DNA from: Acetobacter sp.
Lineage (GTDB): Bacteria; Pseudomonadota; Alphaproteobacteria; Acetobacterales; Acetobacteraceae
Length of the DNA stretch: 64,000 nucleotides
Assembly: GCA_017413025.1 (NCBI GenBank)
Contig: JAFPVE010000021.1
Span: 77-64,076 of the forward strand
Direction of reading: 5' to 3'
The notes below the pieces were generated by a model. That model was not told the DNA's origin, ran no database searches, and was given only the letters and a program-made list of their open reading frames with translations. Position 1 is the first letter of the stretch; the number at the start of each line of letters is the position of its first letter. A program made the translations under genes and the position numbers. Shown here one piece after another: positions 9,375 to 19,112 of the stretch.

Positions 9375-10436
9375 TTAACGTTGTGCTATTGGCATAATGT
9401 AGAGTGTCTTCGTCTGATACGAAATCCAGACCCGGTGGCGTGCAAACCATTCGGCACCTAACAACATGTCAGCCGTATCTTGCAAAGAGGCCACTGTAAG
9501 CGTTGGATGCGGTTCTATTTCTTGTCCAATTTGAAAAAAATGAAATTGATGCCAATGATACGGTCGTTTATGGGCATCAACCCCTTGTGTTACACCGCCT
9601 TTATCGGCAGAAAGTGCCTGTGTAGAAACACCTATACGCAGAGTTGCTTTTTTAGAAAGTACACGTGATCTCGCCCCTGTATCAAGCAAAGCCAGCAGAG
9701 AGTGCCCATCAAGAATAACTTTAACAAAAGCCCGATGTTGCGCGGTAATCGTAAGAGGTACAGCACGATAAATATAGCGCCACCCCACAGGGGCTGCGTG
9801 CTCCCTTTTGCAATTAGAATGCATATGCCATAACGCCATGGTTTGCTCTGAAACATCAAGTTCAACATCGTAACGTGAAAGGAGATCTCCGCCAATAAGC
9901 CCTGCAACACGTGGTGTTAACACCACAGGCAAAGACGCAACCGGCATAGAAAGAGGTCCGAATTGCGCAAACCCAATACGTAATGACATCACACGTACGT
10001 TAGGGGCGATGTTCCCTATTCCCCCTGTACCACGCACGACTGTCCAACGCGACGTTTCACGAGTCGTTTCAAAAAGGAGGCTTGCTATTGGAGACAGTAA
10101 ACTCCCCTCAGCTCCTGTATCCAGAATCATATGAGTGTCATAACCATTGATCTCGACCGGAACAACGAGAAAGCCATTTTCATCTTGTAAAGACACGCGT
10201 GCTACAAGACTATAACATGACGCTTCATGACCTATTTTTTGAGAAGAAGCGTGGAGAGAATATACCAGAAAAAATCCGCTATCAAATAACAAAAAAACGA
10301 GTAACAATGCGACAAGCTTCAACAAAAAACACCTTACCCTCGCTACCTTAAAGCAATACCAGAGTAATTGCACTCTTATTTTTCCTATTGAGCATAGTTT
10401 GATTTTCCTTCTTACCCTTTCGTTTGCCATTTTCAT
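9375..10436 (-). CDS. Two-domain retropepsin-like (clan AA) aspartyl protease, probably exported or membrane-anchored
   Basis: Two ILDTGA/LLDTGA motifs, each followed by a GLIGGD/MLLGAE-type motif; N-terminal hydrophobic segment; exact start uncertain. Confidence 0.85.
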   Translation of the reverse strand: MKMANERVRRKIKLCSIGKIRVQLLWYCFKVARVRCFLLKLVALLLVFLLFDSGFFLVYSLHASSQKIGHEASCYSLVARVSLQDENGFLVVPVEINGYDTHMILDTGAEGSLLSPIASLLFETTRETSRWTVVRGTGGIGNIAPNVRVMSLRIGFAQFGPLSMPVASLPVVLTPRVAGLIGGDLLSRYDVELDVSEQTMALWHMHSNCKREHAAPVGWRYIYRAVPLTITAQHRAFVKVILDGHSLLALLDTGARSRVLSKKATLRIGVSTQALSADKGGVTQGVDAHKRPYHWHQFHFFQIGQEIEPHPTLTVASLQDTADMLLGAEWFARHRVWISYQTKTLYIMPIAQR

Positions 10437-10744
10437 ACATATACATAACCATTTATTTCTCTTCCCTTATATTCTTCCTAAGAGAATACATATGCTTTTT
10501 TTATAGATTTTTCTATTTGATGTTAAATTTTTTGATATTCATGTGATATTAAATATTAAAATACATAATTGAATAGACTTTCTCTCTCTATATATACTTT
10601 TAAGACTCTTATATGCTTTCTGATCCTGTAAGCTCTTATCCCCTGTTATTAATAAAAAAACCAATAAGCCATGCCCATATTTCTTAAACGAGTTTTTTTA
10701 GCGTTCTATATATACTCTAATATTATAACGTATAAGGTTACTTA

Positions 10745-11890
10745 ATGAACACCGTTTCTTCCAACACGCAAGGTCTTACACCTTCCCTGAGGCAAGCTAA
10801 ACGTTTAGTTATTAAAATAGGAAGTGCCTTGCTTGTTGACCCTGAACAAGCTATGCCTCGCCATACGTGGCTAAGAAGTGTTGCGGAAGATATTGCTCTT
10901 CTTCGCAGACAAGGCACGGCTGTTACGGTTGTTTCTTCGGGAGCTATTGCCCTTGCCCGCCATCGTCTTGGTTTTACAGGCAGCACTTTACGCCTCGCAG
11001 AAAAACAAGCCGCAGCCGCTGTTGGGCAAATTTGTCTTGCACAAACATGGAGTGATGCCCTTTCAGCACAAAATCTTACAGCAGCACAATTACTACTTAC
11101 ATTAGAAGTTACAGAAGACCGCCGTCGTTATCTTAATGCCCGCGCAACGCTGAATACATTACTTGAACTTGGTTGTGTGCCTGTTATTAACGAAAACGAT
11201 ACGATTACAACCGAAGGTGTTCGTGTTGGTGACAATGACCGCCTTGCTGCCCGCGTTGCCCAAATTATAGACGCTGATCAGCTCGTTTTATTATCAGATA
11301 TTGATGGTTTATATACAGCAGATCCACGTAGCAATCCAGAAGCACATCATTTACCCATTATTAAAACACTCACTCACGATATAAAAGCCATGGGTGGAGA
11401 CCCGCCACCCGGATATTCCACAGGAGGTATGCGTACAAAACTCATTGCTGCAGGCATTGCCACACGGTCTGGCTGTGCTATGGCTATTGCCGACGGACAA
11501 AAACAGCATCCCCTTAAAGCTATTATGGAAGGGACACGTTGCTCGTGGTTTTTACCACATACCCAAACACTCACCGCACGCAAACAATGGATCGCAGGCA
11601 GTTTAAGTACTTCTGGGAAAATCATTATTAACCATTGCGCTGCCCAAGCACTTCGACATGGTCGTTCACTTTTACCTATTGGGGTTCTTGCCGTAGAAGG
11701 ACATTTTTCTCAAGGTGACCTTGTTGAAATCATTGAAAAAGACGGCGACACACTTGCCCATGGTTTAGTAGCACATGACGCCTACGACGCGCGCCTTATT
11801 GCAGGGCATCATTCCGCAGAAATAACGCATATTCTTGGCAGACCAGGACGTGACGAAATCGTTCATCGTAATGATCTTGCCATGTTATAA
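10745..11890 (+). CDS. proB: Glutamate 5-kinase with PUA domain
   Basis: VIKIGSALL, VSSGAIA, PVINENDT, GDNDRLAA, LSDIDGLYT, STGGMRTK, RDEIVHRNDL. Confidence 0.96.
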   Translation: MNTVSSNTQGLTPSLRQAKRLVIKIGSALLVDPEQAMPRHTWLRSVAEDIALLRRQGTAVTVVSSGAIALARHRLGFTGSTLRLAEKQAAAAVGQICLAQTWSDALSAQNLTAAQLLLTLEVTEDRRRYLNARATLNTLLELGCVPVINENDTITTEGVRVGDNDRLAARVAQIIDADQLVLLSDIDGLYTADPRSNPEAHHLPIIKTLTHDIKAMGGDPPPGYSTGGMRTKLIAAGIATRSGCAMAIADGQKQHPLKAIMEGTRCSWFLPHTQTLTARKQWIAGSLSTSGKIIINHCAAQALRHGRSLLPIGVLAVEGHFSQGDLVEIIEKDGDTLAHGLVAHDAYDARLIAGHHSAEITHILGRPGRDEIVHRNDLAML

Positions 11891-12119
11891 CTTCAACTGA
11901 TTCACAAACACTAACCCTTTACGTAATACAATCCCTGTTAAGGGTTATCTATCCTATGCACTTCCATGCAGTGTCTTATAATGAACACAACAATATATAT
12001 GTTCTATATTCTTTGACCTTTTATTAGGAGAAAAACCCAGTTTGAAAAGCGAAAGACAGATGTATACATATACATCTATACGTATAAATTTAATTATATT
12101 TAACTAAGAGCTATTTTCT

Positions 12120-13067
12120 CTAGGAACGGCGAGGCCATGTTAAGACAGGTTCAGTACGCCCTAAATTTAAATCTTGCCTGTCAACAGGATAGCGTTTAAT
12201 GTTTGGTCTTGGTCGCGGATTAGCATGGTAACCCGATGAGAAGTCCGGTTTATAGGGCGGCAAATTGATATCCGGCGGATTTTGTCCGATAAATATTTCC
12301 TCCTCTGTTTCTTGCGTCTCTTGACTTTTTATTCTTTGATCTCCTAAATGTTTTGGTAAACCTTCATGCCACGGCAAACGATGAGAAGAAACGTCTTCAT
12401 TAAGAGATGACTTAATAGAAGGAGACACTTCAACCTGTCGCGCTTCATATGCATCAGAAACACGAAGTGCATGAAGATCTGGTAAAACAGTAGGTAGTTC
12501 TTGCTCCCTACTATCAAGTCCACTTTGATCTTGCTTGAACGTAGGTTGATCCTCTCTCTCTATGGATTTTACCAGTTGCCCTGTTTGTGGATAAGCTATT
12601 TGAGTATAGGTCTGAGCGGTCTGTGGATCAGGTGTTTGTGTGTTTCTTGTTAGATTATCTCTGGTTAAAGAATTGATCTGAGATGGTGTATAAGGCTGTT
12701 TTACTGTTTGAATTTCTTCCACCGTAATTTTCTGGGAAACGTTTCTACGAGAAACATTTTTCTCGGAAACACTTCTCTGGGTAACATTCTGAAAGGGAAC
12801 TTCTCGAGAAACAGTTTCTTCAGATTGTTTGCTTTGTTGTCGTCTCCCTCTCTCTTGATTTTGACTTTCTTGATTTTGCACCCGACTAACGGCAAGTCTT
12901 ATCATTTCCTGCAGTTCTTCAATTTGTATAGAGAGTTCAGCAATCCTCCCTTTAACACCAAAAACTGCAAACGGCATCATCATAAACGCCAAAACAAAAA
13001 CAAACCCAACAGCCAAAACAACAAGCTGCCCCCATAATGGTAACCACTCAAGAAAAGAGGAAAACAT
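12120..13067 (-). CDS. Hypothetical protein with an N-terminal membrane anchor, short coiled coil and long low-complexity tail
   Basis: 315-aa ORF; TM segment followed by GVKGRIAELSIQIEELQE; conserved-looking C-terminus RTEPVLTWP. Confidence 0.75.
   Translation of the reverse strand: MFSSFLEWLPLWGQLVVLAVGFVFVLAFMMMPFAVFGVKGRIAELSIQIEELQEMIRLAVSRVQNQESQNQERGRRQQSKQSEETVSREVPFQNVTQRSVSEKNVSRRNVSQKITVEEIQTVKQPYTPSQINSLTRDNLTRNTQTPDPQTAQTYTQIAYPQTGQLVKSIEREDQPTFKQDQSGLDSREQELPTVLPDLHALRVSDAYEARQVEVSPSIKSSLNEDVSSHRLPWHEGLPKHLGDQRIKSQETQETEEEIFIGQNPPDINLPPYKPDFSSGYHANPRPRPNIKRYPVDRQDLNLGRTEPVLTWPRRS
12729..12812 (-). repeat. Degenerate 15-nt (pentapeptide) tandem repeat inside the CDS
   Basis: AAC recurs at 12740, 12755, 12770, 12785 and 12800 on the + strand; protein EVPFQ-NVTQR-SVSEK-NVSRR-NVSQK. 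Confidence 0.6.
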
Positions 13068-13104
13068 AAGAAAACACCCTTTTTCTCAGACTAGATCACT
13101 CTCT

Positions 13105-13377
13105 TTACATGCCTAATGCGCGACGATAAAGGTCTAATAGCGTTTCTTGTTCTTCCACTTCTGCAGGTTCTTGCTTACGCAAGCGAAGAATCTGGCGAAT
13201 AACTTTAACATCAAAGCCTGCAGATTTTGCCTCTAAAAAGATGTCTTTAATATCACTTGCCAATTCTCTACGCTCTTCCTCAATGTGCTCGACCCTTTCA
13301 ACAATACTGCGCAATCTCTCCGCAGAAATTCCACCAACAGACACTACTTCTTCTTTCGATAATTGTTCAGATTTCAT
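13105..13377 (-). CDS. gapR: DUF2312/UPF0335 nucleoid-associated protein (GapR family)
   Basis: AERLRSIVERVEHIEEERRELASDIKDIFLEAKSAGFDVKVIRQILRLRK...LLDLYRRALGM. Confidence 0.9.
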   Translation of the reverse strand: MKSEQLSKEEVVSVGGISAERLRSIVERVEHIEEERRELASDIKDIFLEAKSAGFDVKVIRQILRLRKQEPAEVEEQETLLDLYRRALGM

Positions 13378-13677
13378 GACTATACCCCTCACTTATCCCT
13401 TCTTTACTCTTAATCCTTCTCTACTGCTCCATGGTTTGATCGATTTTGCGGCTTACTGTATTTTCTTTTCTGGTTAAATCTTTTTAGTTTTTACGCCCAT
13501 ATTACATTTTTTACATTTCTTTTTTTTACATTTCTTCTTTCCCTTATTTATTTGTATCATACTTCTTTATACCATACCACTTACAGCCTTTCTCTCAAGG
13601 TCACACCATTACCTAGTATAGCGTATTACAATTCTCCTCATAGTCAAGAGACAGAATATTAAGACTATGAATTTATC

Positions 13678-14190
13678 ATGACTTTCCCATCTCCTCCCCC
13701 TTTAGATTCCAGACCAAAAAAGCTTTCTCACCAAAGCACTTTACGACAACAGTTTCTTCGGCATATTTTTCGACGTTTTGTGCTTGTGCTTCCAATTTGT
13801 GCGTTGATGATTATCCTCGCGCAAAATGATATCATAGAGACTCTTATTGACCATTATACTTTTAACAAGCCTCAAAGTTGGTTCGATAACCCTACCCTTA
13901 TACGCCATTTACGACTGCTTATCACACATAACGGTATGACCTCTAATAAACCTAAATGCCTTTTATTTATCATTCATGGCGATGACCCAATTACAGCCAC
14001 ACGCATTGATGTTCTCGAAAAACAATCTCCTCCCTGTTCTCACAATGCCCGTGATCCTCACCCTTCACTTCTTTCCCCTTTACCGCACCATTTATTTACG
14101 TTGCGGATAAACCGCCTTCAACAAAGCATTGAAACAGACCAAAACTCCATAGGAAATTTTCATCCCATTTTCTACCATTCTTCTTCGTAA
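13678..14190 (+). CDS. Hypothetical single-pass membrane protein
   Basis: 170-aa ORF with one TM (FVLVLPICALMIILA) and a Cys pair; no recognised family. Confidence 0.6.
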   Translation: MTFPSPPPLDSRPKKLSHQSTLRQQFLRHIFRRFVLVLPICALMIILAQNDIIETLIDHYTFNKPQSWFDNPTLIRHLRLLITHNGMTSNKPKCLLFIIHGDDPITATRIDVLEKQSPPCSHNARDPHPSLLSPLPHHLFTLRINRLQQSIETDQNSIGNFHPIFYHSSS

Positions 14191-14260
14191 CTCTTTAACT
14201 TTTCAACGTCACTTGACTATTATCCAAATATTATACATTTTCATATTTTCCGACAGAACA

Positions 14261-14289
14261 GCTTGACCTTTTCTTTAGTCTGTTAAAGT
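14261..14289 (+). promoter_or_regulatory. Putative promoter of rnpB
   Basis: GCTTGA(CC) ... extended -10 TGtTAAAGT ending 8 nt before the RNA start. Confidence 0.4.
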
Positions 14290-14297
14290 ATATTTTT

Positions 14298-14698
14298 GCT
14301 AGATGGTCAGACGATCGCTGTTATTGCAAAATAATAGAGGAAAGTCCGGGCTCCACGGGAGAACAGTGCCAGCTAACAGCTGGCAGGGGAAACCCTAGGG
14401 ATAGTACCACAGAAAATAAACCGCCTTTCTAGCGCGTAATTGCAACAGCAACACGCACTAAAGGTAAGGGTGAAACGGGGCGGTAAAAGCGCACCGCTCT
14501 TTTGGTAACAAAAGAGGCACGGAAAACCCCACTGGGAGCAAGACCGAATAGGAACGATAGAGGGTATCATCTCCCTCAAGGATTCTCCCGTCCTACTGTT
14601 CGGGTTGGTCGCGCGAGACATATTGCAAAATATGTCCTAGAGGAATGATCGTCCTGACTTTTAAGATCAGACAGAACCCGGCTTATAGACCATCTAGC
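14298..14698 (+). ncRNA. rnpB: RNase P RNA, bacterial type A
   Basis: P1 helix GCTAGATGGTC/GACCATCTAGC; GAGGAAAGTCCGGGCTCC; GGGTGAAACGG; GAGCAAGACCGAATAG; ACAGAACCCGGCTTAT. Confidence 0.97.
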
Positions 14699-15105
14699 CA
14701 TTCATATCCCTGATTGTATTCAACTGTATCTGATATAACTAAACACATAATTAAAGATGAAAAGTGTTTAAGATACCAAAACATTTATGACACCACTTGT
14801 CATAGTTTCTGGTAGGGAATTACAGAAATTATAGTGCATCTTTTCCTATCTCAAAATTCACTATTCAAATCCGCTGTATGCTATTTACGATTCTCTTTTC
14901 CTCGTTTTAGGATAGAATAGAGTGAAATAATGACGTAAAAAACTGATAAATCGACCAATTTTTATATGTTTTAATATTCCCAATTAATTTTAGTTTAGTA
15001 TGTACTCTACCTCACCTCACTTTCGGGTTTTTGTTTTTCACCATCACACATTTATACGCATTTATGTAATAGGTTACATTTCTTTGTCGCCCGCTATTTA
15101 CCACT

Positions 15106-16113
15106 ATGCCTGATCTTTTCTCTCATACACCCGTAGTTTTATCCGAAATGCTTGACTATCTCCAGCCCGAAGATGGAGAGACTATTTTAGATTGCACTTT
15201 TGGCGGAGGTGGATATACACAAGCTATTTTAACGCGTGCTCACTGTTTTGTTTGGGCGATAGATCGTGATCCAGATGCTATAACACGTGGTCTAACTTTT
15301 GCTAAAAACCTTCAACAAAAAGAAGGAGAGAGACGACTACATATGCTTTACGGCTGCTTTAGCACCTTACAGACGCTAATACAATCGGCTTATGCTCCTC
15401 CCTTGTTTGATGGAATCGTTATGGATTTGGGTATTTCTTCATTTCAGATCGACGATCCACAAAGAGGATTCTCTTTCAAACATGATGGACCTTTAGACAT
15501 GCGTATGGACAAGAATGGACTTACGGCAGAGGATTTGATTAATACCGCTCACGAAAAAGATCTTGCGGATATTTTATATTACTATGGTGAAGAACGATAT
15601 GCACGCCGAATTGCCCGCGCAATTGTCACTGAGAGAGTAAAAACCCCTTTTAGAACCACTTTTCAACTTGCTGATCTTGTACGCCGGATTGTTCCGCGTA
15701 ATTCGTCTATACTCGATACAGCAACACGTACATTTCAAGGAATACGTATTGCTGTTAATGATGAACTCGGTGAAATAGAACGTGGTTTAGAACAAGCCTT
15801 AAATCATCTTGCGCCTTCTGGACGATTAGTTGTTGTTTCATTTCATTCTTTAGAAGATCGAATTGTTAAACGTGTTATGGCACAAGCCACAAAAAAAACG
15901 CAAAACTCTCTTAGCTTATATACTCTGTCTAAAGCTAATCCGTTACAATTACAAAGTTCCTATTCCGACTCGTTTATACTCCTTACCTCTAAAGTAATCC
16001 GCCCCTGTAAAAGCGAACGTGTTAAAAACCCTCGTGCACGAAGCGCACGCTTGCGTGCTTTAGTAAAAGGTTGTATAAGTTATGACTCGATAACACACAA
16101 TAAGACTCTATAA
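15106..16113 (+). CDS. rsmH: 16S rRNA m4C1402 methyltransferase
   Basis: HTPV, DCTFGGGGY, IDRDPDA, DLGISSFQID..RGFSF..DGPLDMRM, SFHSLEDRIVK, NPRARSARLR. Confidence 0.96.
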   Translation: MPDLFSHTPVVLSEMLDYLQPEDGETILDCTFGGGGYTQAILTRAHCFVWAIDRDPDAITRGLTFAKNLQQKEGERRLHMLYGCFSTLQTLIQSAYAPPLFDGIVMDLGISSFQIDDPQRGFSFKHDGPLDMRMDKNGLTAEDLINTAHEKDLADILYYYGEERYARRIARAIVTERVKTPFRTTFQLADLVRRIVPRNSSILDTATRTFQGIRIAVNDELGEIERGLEQALNHLAPSGRLVVVSFHSLEDRIVKRVMAQATKKTQNSLSLYTLSKANPLQLQSSYSDSFILLTSKVIRPCKSERVKNPRARSARLRALVKGCISYDSITHNKTL

Positions 16114-16124
16114 GACGTGCTTTT

Positions 16125-17057
16125 ATGATTATTCGCCCGTTTACATGTTTCTGTGCTGCTTTGGCTATGGCTTCTGGTTTTTTTCTTTATACGAAAAAAC
16201 ACCAAACAGCTCTTCTAGACCAAGAAATTGCTGGTATTATTCACCAAACGAAGGATTTACAGGCTGAAACCAGTACTCTCCGCACAGAATGGACACTGGA
16301 AAACCAACCCGACCGCCTTGAACAACTTGCCTATCGCTATGCACCTTATCTGCATGTCATGAACCCCTCACAATTTGTGCGTCTTACCGATTTAGAAGAA
16401 CATTTACCCAATCCAAAAGGCTTTACGATACAGCATAAAAAACCTCAAGACTCTACATCACTTCCTGCTTTAAATCACCAGTATCTGCCTCATGAGAGAC
16501 CTGAAACACGTAACATGCTGATTGCTACGAATGGTGCTGCAAATCACCTTTTAACACCAATAGTAGTGCCCCCAATCTCATCAAAAGATAAAGAAATAAC
16601 GCCTATTCTTGTTTCAACAGAAACATCTCATACAATCCCTATAAAAACACATAATTATCGCATATTTCGTCCTCATCAAGGCAACCTGTTTCATCATATC
16701 ATAGCGACAACGCAAAATGCTGCCTCCTCGTTGGCAACAACCCTTACGTTTTCTTCATCACACACTATAATACATCGCTTCTCTGACTCTCGTACTCCCG
16801 ACTTTAAAACAATGGGTATGTCATCAATAGATACGCATCACTCCCCTACACACCAAGCTAACCATATTATAGTAGCTGAGGGAATACCTAAACCCATCAA
16901 CCATTCGCTCCCTATAACAGCGGCAACGTGGCATTTCGTACGAAAACGAAAAGTTGTCGATCAACTCCAGACAGAATCCCATACTGCTTTTTTTAGAGGT
17001 TCGATTTTCGACCATGAAACGAGAGTTCTTCCTCCGCCTGTACCGGTTATGAGATGA
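16125..17057 (+). CDS. ftsL: FtsL-like cell division protein with long C-terminal extension
   Basis: Position between rsmH and ftsI; TM plus coiled coil LRTEWTLENQPDRLEQLA; about 200-aa low-complexity tail. Confidence 0.75.
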   Translation: MIIRPFTCFCAALAMASGFFLYTKKHQTALLDQEIAGIIHQTKDLQAETSTLRTEWTLENQPDRLEQLAYRYAPYLHVMNPSQFVRLTDLEEHLPNPKGFTIQHKKPQDSTSLPALNHQYLPHERPETRNMLIATNGAANHLLTPIVVPPISSKDKEITPILVSTETSHTIPIKTHNYRIFRPHQGNLFHHIIATTQNAASSLATTLTFSSSHTIIHRFSDSRTPDFKTMGMSSIDTHHSPTHQANHIIVAEGIPKPINHSLPITAATWHFVRKRKVVDQLQTESHTAFFRGSIFDHETRVLPPPVPVMR

Positions 17058-17090
17058 CAGCCTCTTGATTAAAGAGGTTTTTACCTAATT

Positions 17091-19112
17091 ATGCACCGAC
17101 CATCGCCTCATTCTTCAGAGACACGTGTTTCTGATGATGTAAAAAATAAGCACCGCATTCGTGCCCACAGAGAGCAAATGCATATGCGACTGATATGTGT
17201 TGTAGCTGCGTTTTTCCTATTGTTTTTCATAATTTTTATTAAATTAATTTATGCTACTGTTTTATGTCCGATGAAGCCGGAAAAGAATTTTTTAGCACAT
17301 CAAGTATTAGAAATTCCCAAAATTACTCCCACAACAACCATGGCAAGTAATTTATCTCTGCTTCAAACACATCGTGCAAGTATTGTTGATCGTAATGGAC
17401 AAATTCTTGCTTTGTCTGTTCCGGTAACACAAGTCTACGCTAACCCCCAAGAACTGATTAACCCTGTTGACATTGCCTATCAGTTAAAATCTGTTCTTCC
17501 TCAGTTAAATGTAACACAAACCATACGACGCCTTTCAGAACACAAAAAATTTGTTTATATTGCGCGTAATATTTCCCAAAAACAAGAACTTGCTATCAAT
17601 AATCTTGGTATTCCTGGTATTTATTTCAAACCTGGAGAACATAGACTTTACCCTATGGATCGCACAGCTGCACAAGTTATTGGTGCGGTTGATATCGATG
17701 GTCATGGTATCGCGGGAATTGAAAAATATTTTGATAAACAGTTGCAATCTGACCATATTCCATTACGACTTTCCATTGATATTCGTGTGCAATCTGCTGT
17801 TAGAGAAGAGTTAGCCCGTGAGATGGAAACTTCTCACGCCATTGGCGCATGTAGTATTGTCATGGATGTTCACACAGGAGAGATCATCGCTATGGTCAGT
17901 CTCCCAGATTATGATGCAAATCAATTTTTTAACGCCACAAATAGCGAGCGTTTTAACCGAGCTATTAGCGGTGTTTATGAGCCCGGATCAGTACTCAAAC
18001 TCCAAACCGCCGCTATGGGATTAGAAACAGGAACTGTCCATATTTGGGATCGTTTTTCTTCTGCCCCTATTCATATTGGACGATTTACTATTCAAGATAT
18101 GAAACAAGACCATTTTGCCCCATGGCTTACATTACCGGAAGTCATAGCGTTTTCCTCAAATCCAGGGGCAGCCCATATTGCCCTTGATGTTGGCAGTCGT
18201 GAACAAATTCAGTGGTTACACTCTATGGGATTCTTTTCAAGACCCCCTATTGAACTTCCAGGAAGTGCACGACCTCTTATTCCCCATCATTGGGGGCTAA
18301 CCACAACAATGGTTGTAGGATTTGGTCATGGTATTGCCGTCTCACCCCTTTCTATTGTACGAGGAACAGCCGCAACAATTAACGGCGGTATTCTCGTTAC
18401 ACCCACCCTTATTGACAGGACATCTCCTGCTCTTCAAAAAATCCCTTCTAACTTACAGTCAGATTCACAATCTGTCCCATCAAACGTTTCTTCCGTTACA
18501 CATCTCTCTTCCACTCTACCAAAAGAAATAATGTTACACACAACACTCACAACAGGACAGCGTGTTTTATCAGAAAATGTTTCGAATCTTTTACGTCGTA
18601 TATTACGATTAGATGTTACGCATGGCACAGGAAAAAAAGCGGAAGTTCCAGGATATTTTGTTGGTGGAAAAACAGGCACTGCTGAAAAGGTTAATCAAAA
18701 AATTTATCTGAAAAAAGACGATATTGCTAGCTTTGTAGCTGTGTTTCCTATGAACGCACCACGTTATGTTGTCTACGTCATGTTCGATGACCCTACCTCT
18801 ACAACACAGGCACCAACAACAGGCGGTTTAATTGCAGCGCCAACTGTTTCTAAAATTATTGCACGTATTGGACCTCTCCTCCAAGTCTTTCCTGATATAG
18901 AAGATGCTACGCGTATTGATGCTCAATTAGCTTTATCACTCCACCCTACAGTTCCCCACGGTGTAAGACCGCTTGGACCTGGAAACGACCCCGGAGATCC
19001 GCTAGCCCATCCTCATCAAAAAAATCCCCTCCATCCTATTTTAACGACAGTCTCCACTACATCTCTCACGAAATTCTACAAAAATCCTAAACTCCGTAAA
19101 AAATATAGATGA
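17091..19112 (+). CDS. ftsI: Peptidoglycan transpeptidase PBP3
   Basis: RASIVDRNG; SxxK (GSVLK), SxN (SSN) and KTG motifs. Confidence 0.95.
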   Translation: MHRPSPHSSETRVSDDVKNKHRIRAHREQMHMRLICVVAAFFLLFFIIFIKLIYATVLCPMKPEKNFLAHQVLEIPKITPTTTMASNLSLLQTHRASIVDRNGQILALSVPVTQVYANPQELINPVDIAYQLKSVLPQLNVTQTIRRLSEHKKFVYIARNISQKQELAINNLGIPGIYFKPGEHRLYPMDRTAAQVIGAVDIDGHGIAGIEKYFDKQLQSDHIPLRLSIDIRVQSAVREELAREMETSHAIGACSIVMDVHTGEIIAMVSLPDYDANQFFNATNSERFNRAISGVYEPGSVLKLQTAAMGLETGTVHIWDRFSSAPIHIGRFTIQDMKQDHFAPWLTLPEVIAFSSNPGAAHIALDVGSREQIQWLHSMGFFSRPPIELPGSARPLIPHHWGLTTTMVVGFGHGIAVSPLSIVRGTAATINGGILVTPTLIDRTSPALQKIPSNLQSDSQSVPSNVSSVTHLSSTLPKEIMLHTTLTTGQRVLSENVSNLLRRILRLDVTHGTGKKAEVPGYFVGGKTGTAEKVNQKIYLKKDDIASFVAVFPMNAPRYVVYVMFDDPTSTTQAPTTGGLIAAPTVSKIIARIGPLLQVFPDIEDATRIDAQLALSLHPTVPHGVRPLGPGNDPGDPLAHPHQKNPLHPILTTVSTTSLTKFYKNPKLRKKYR

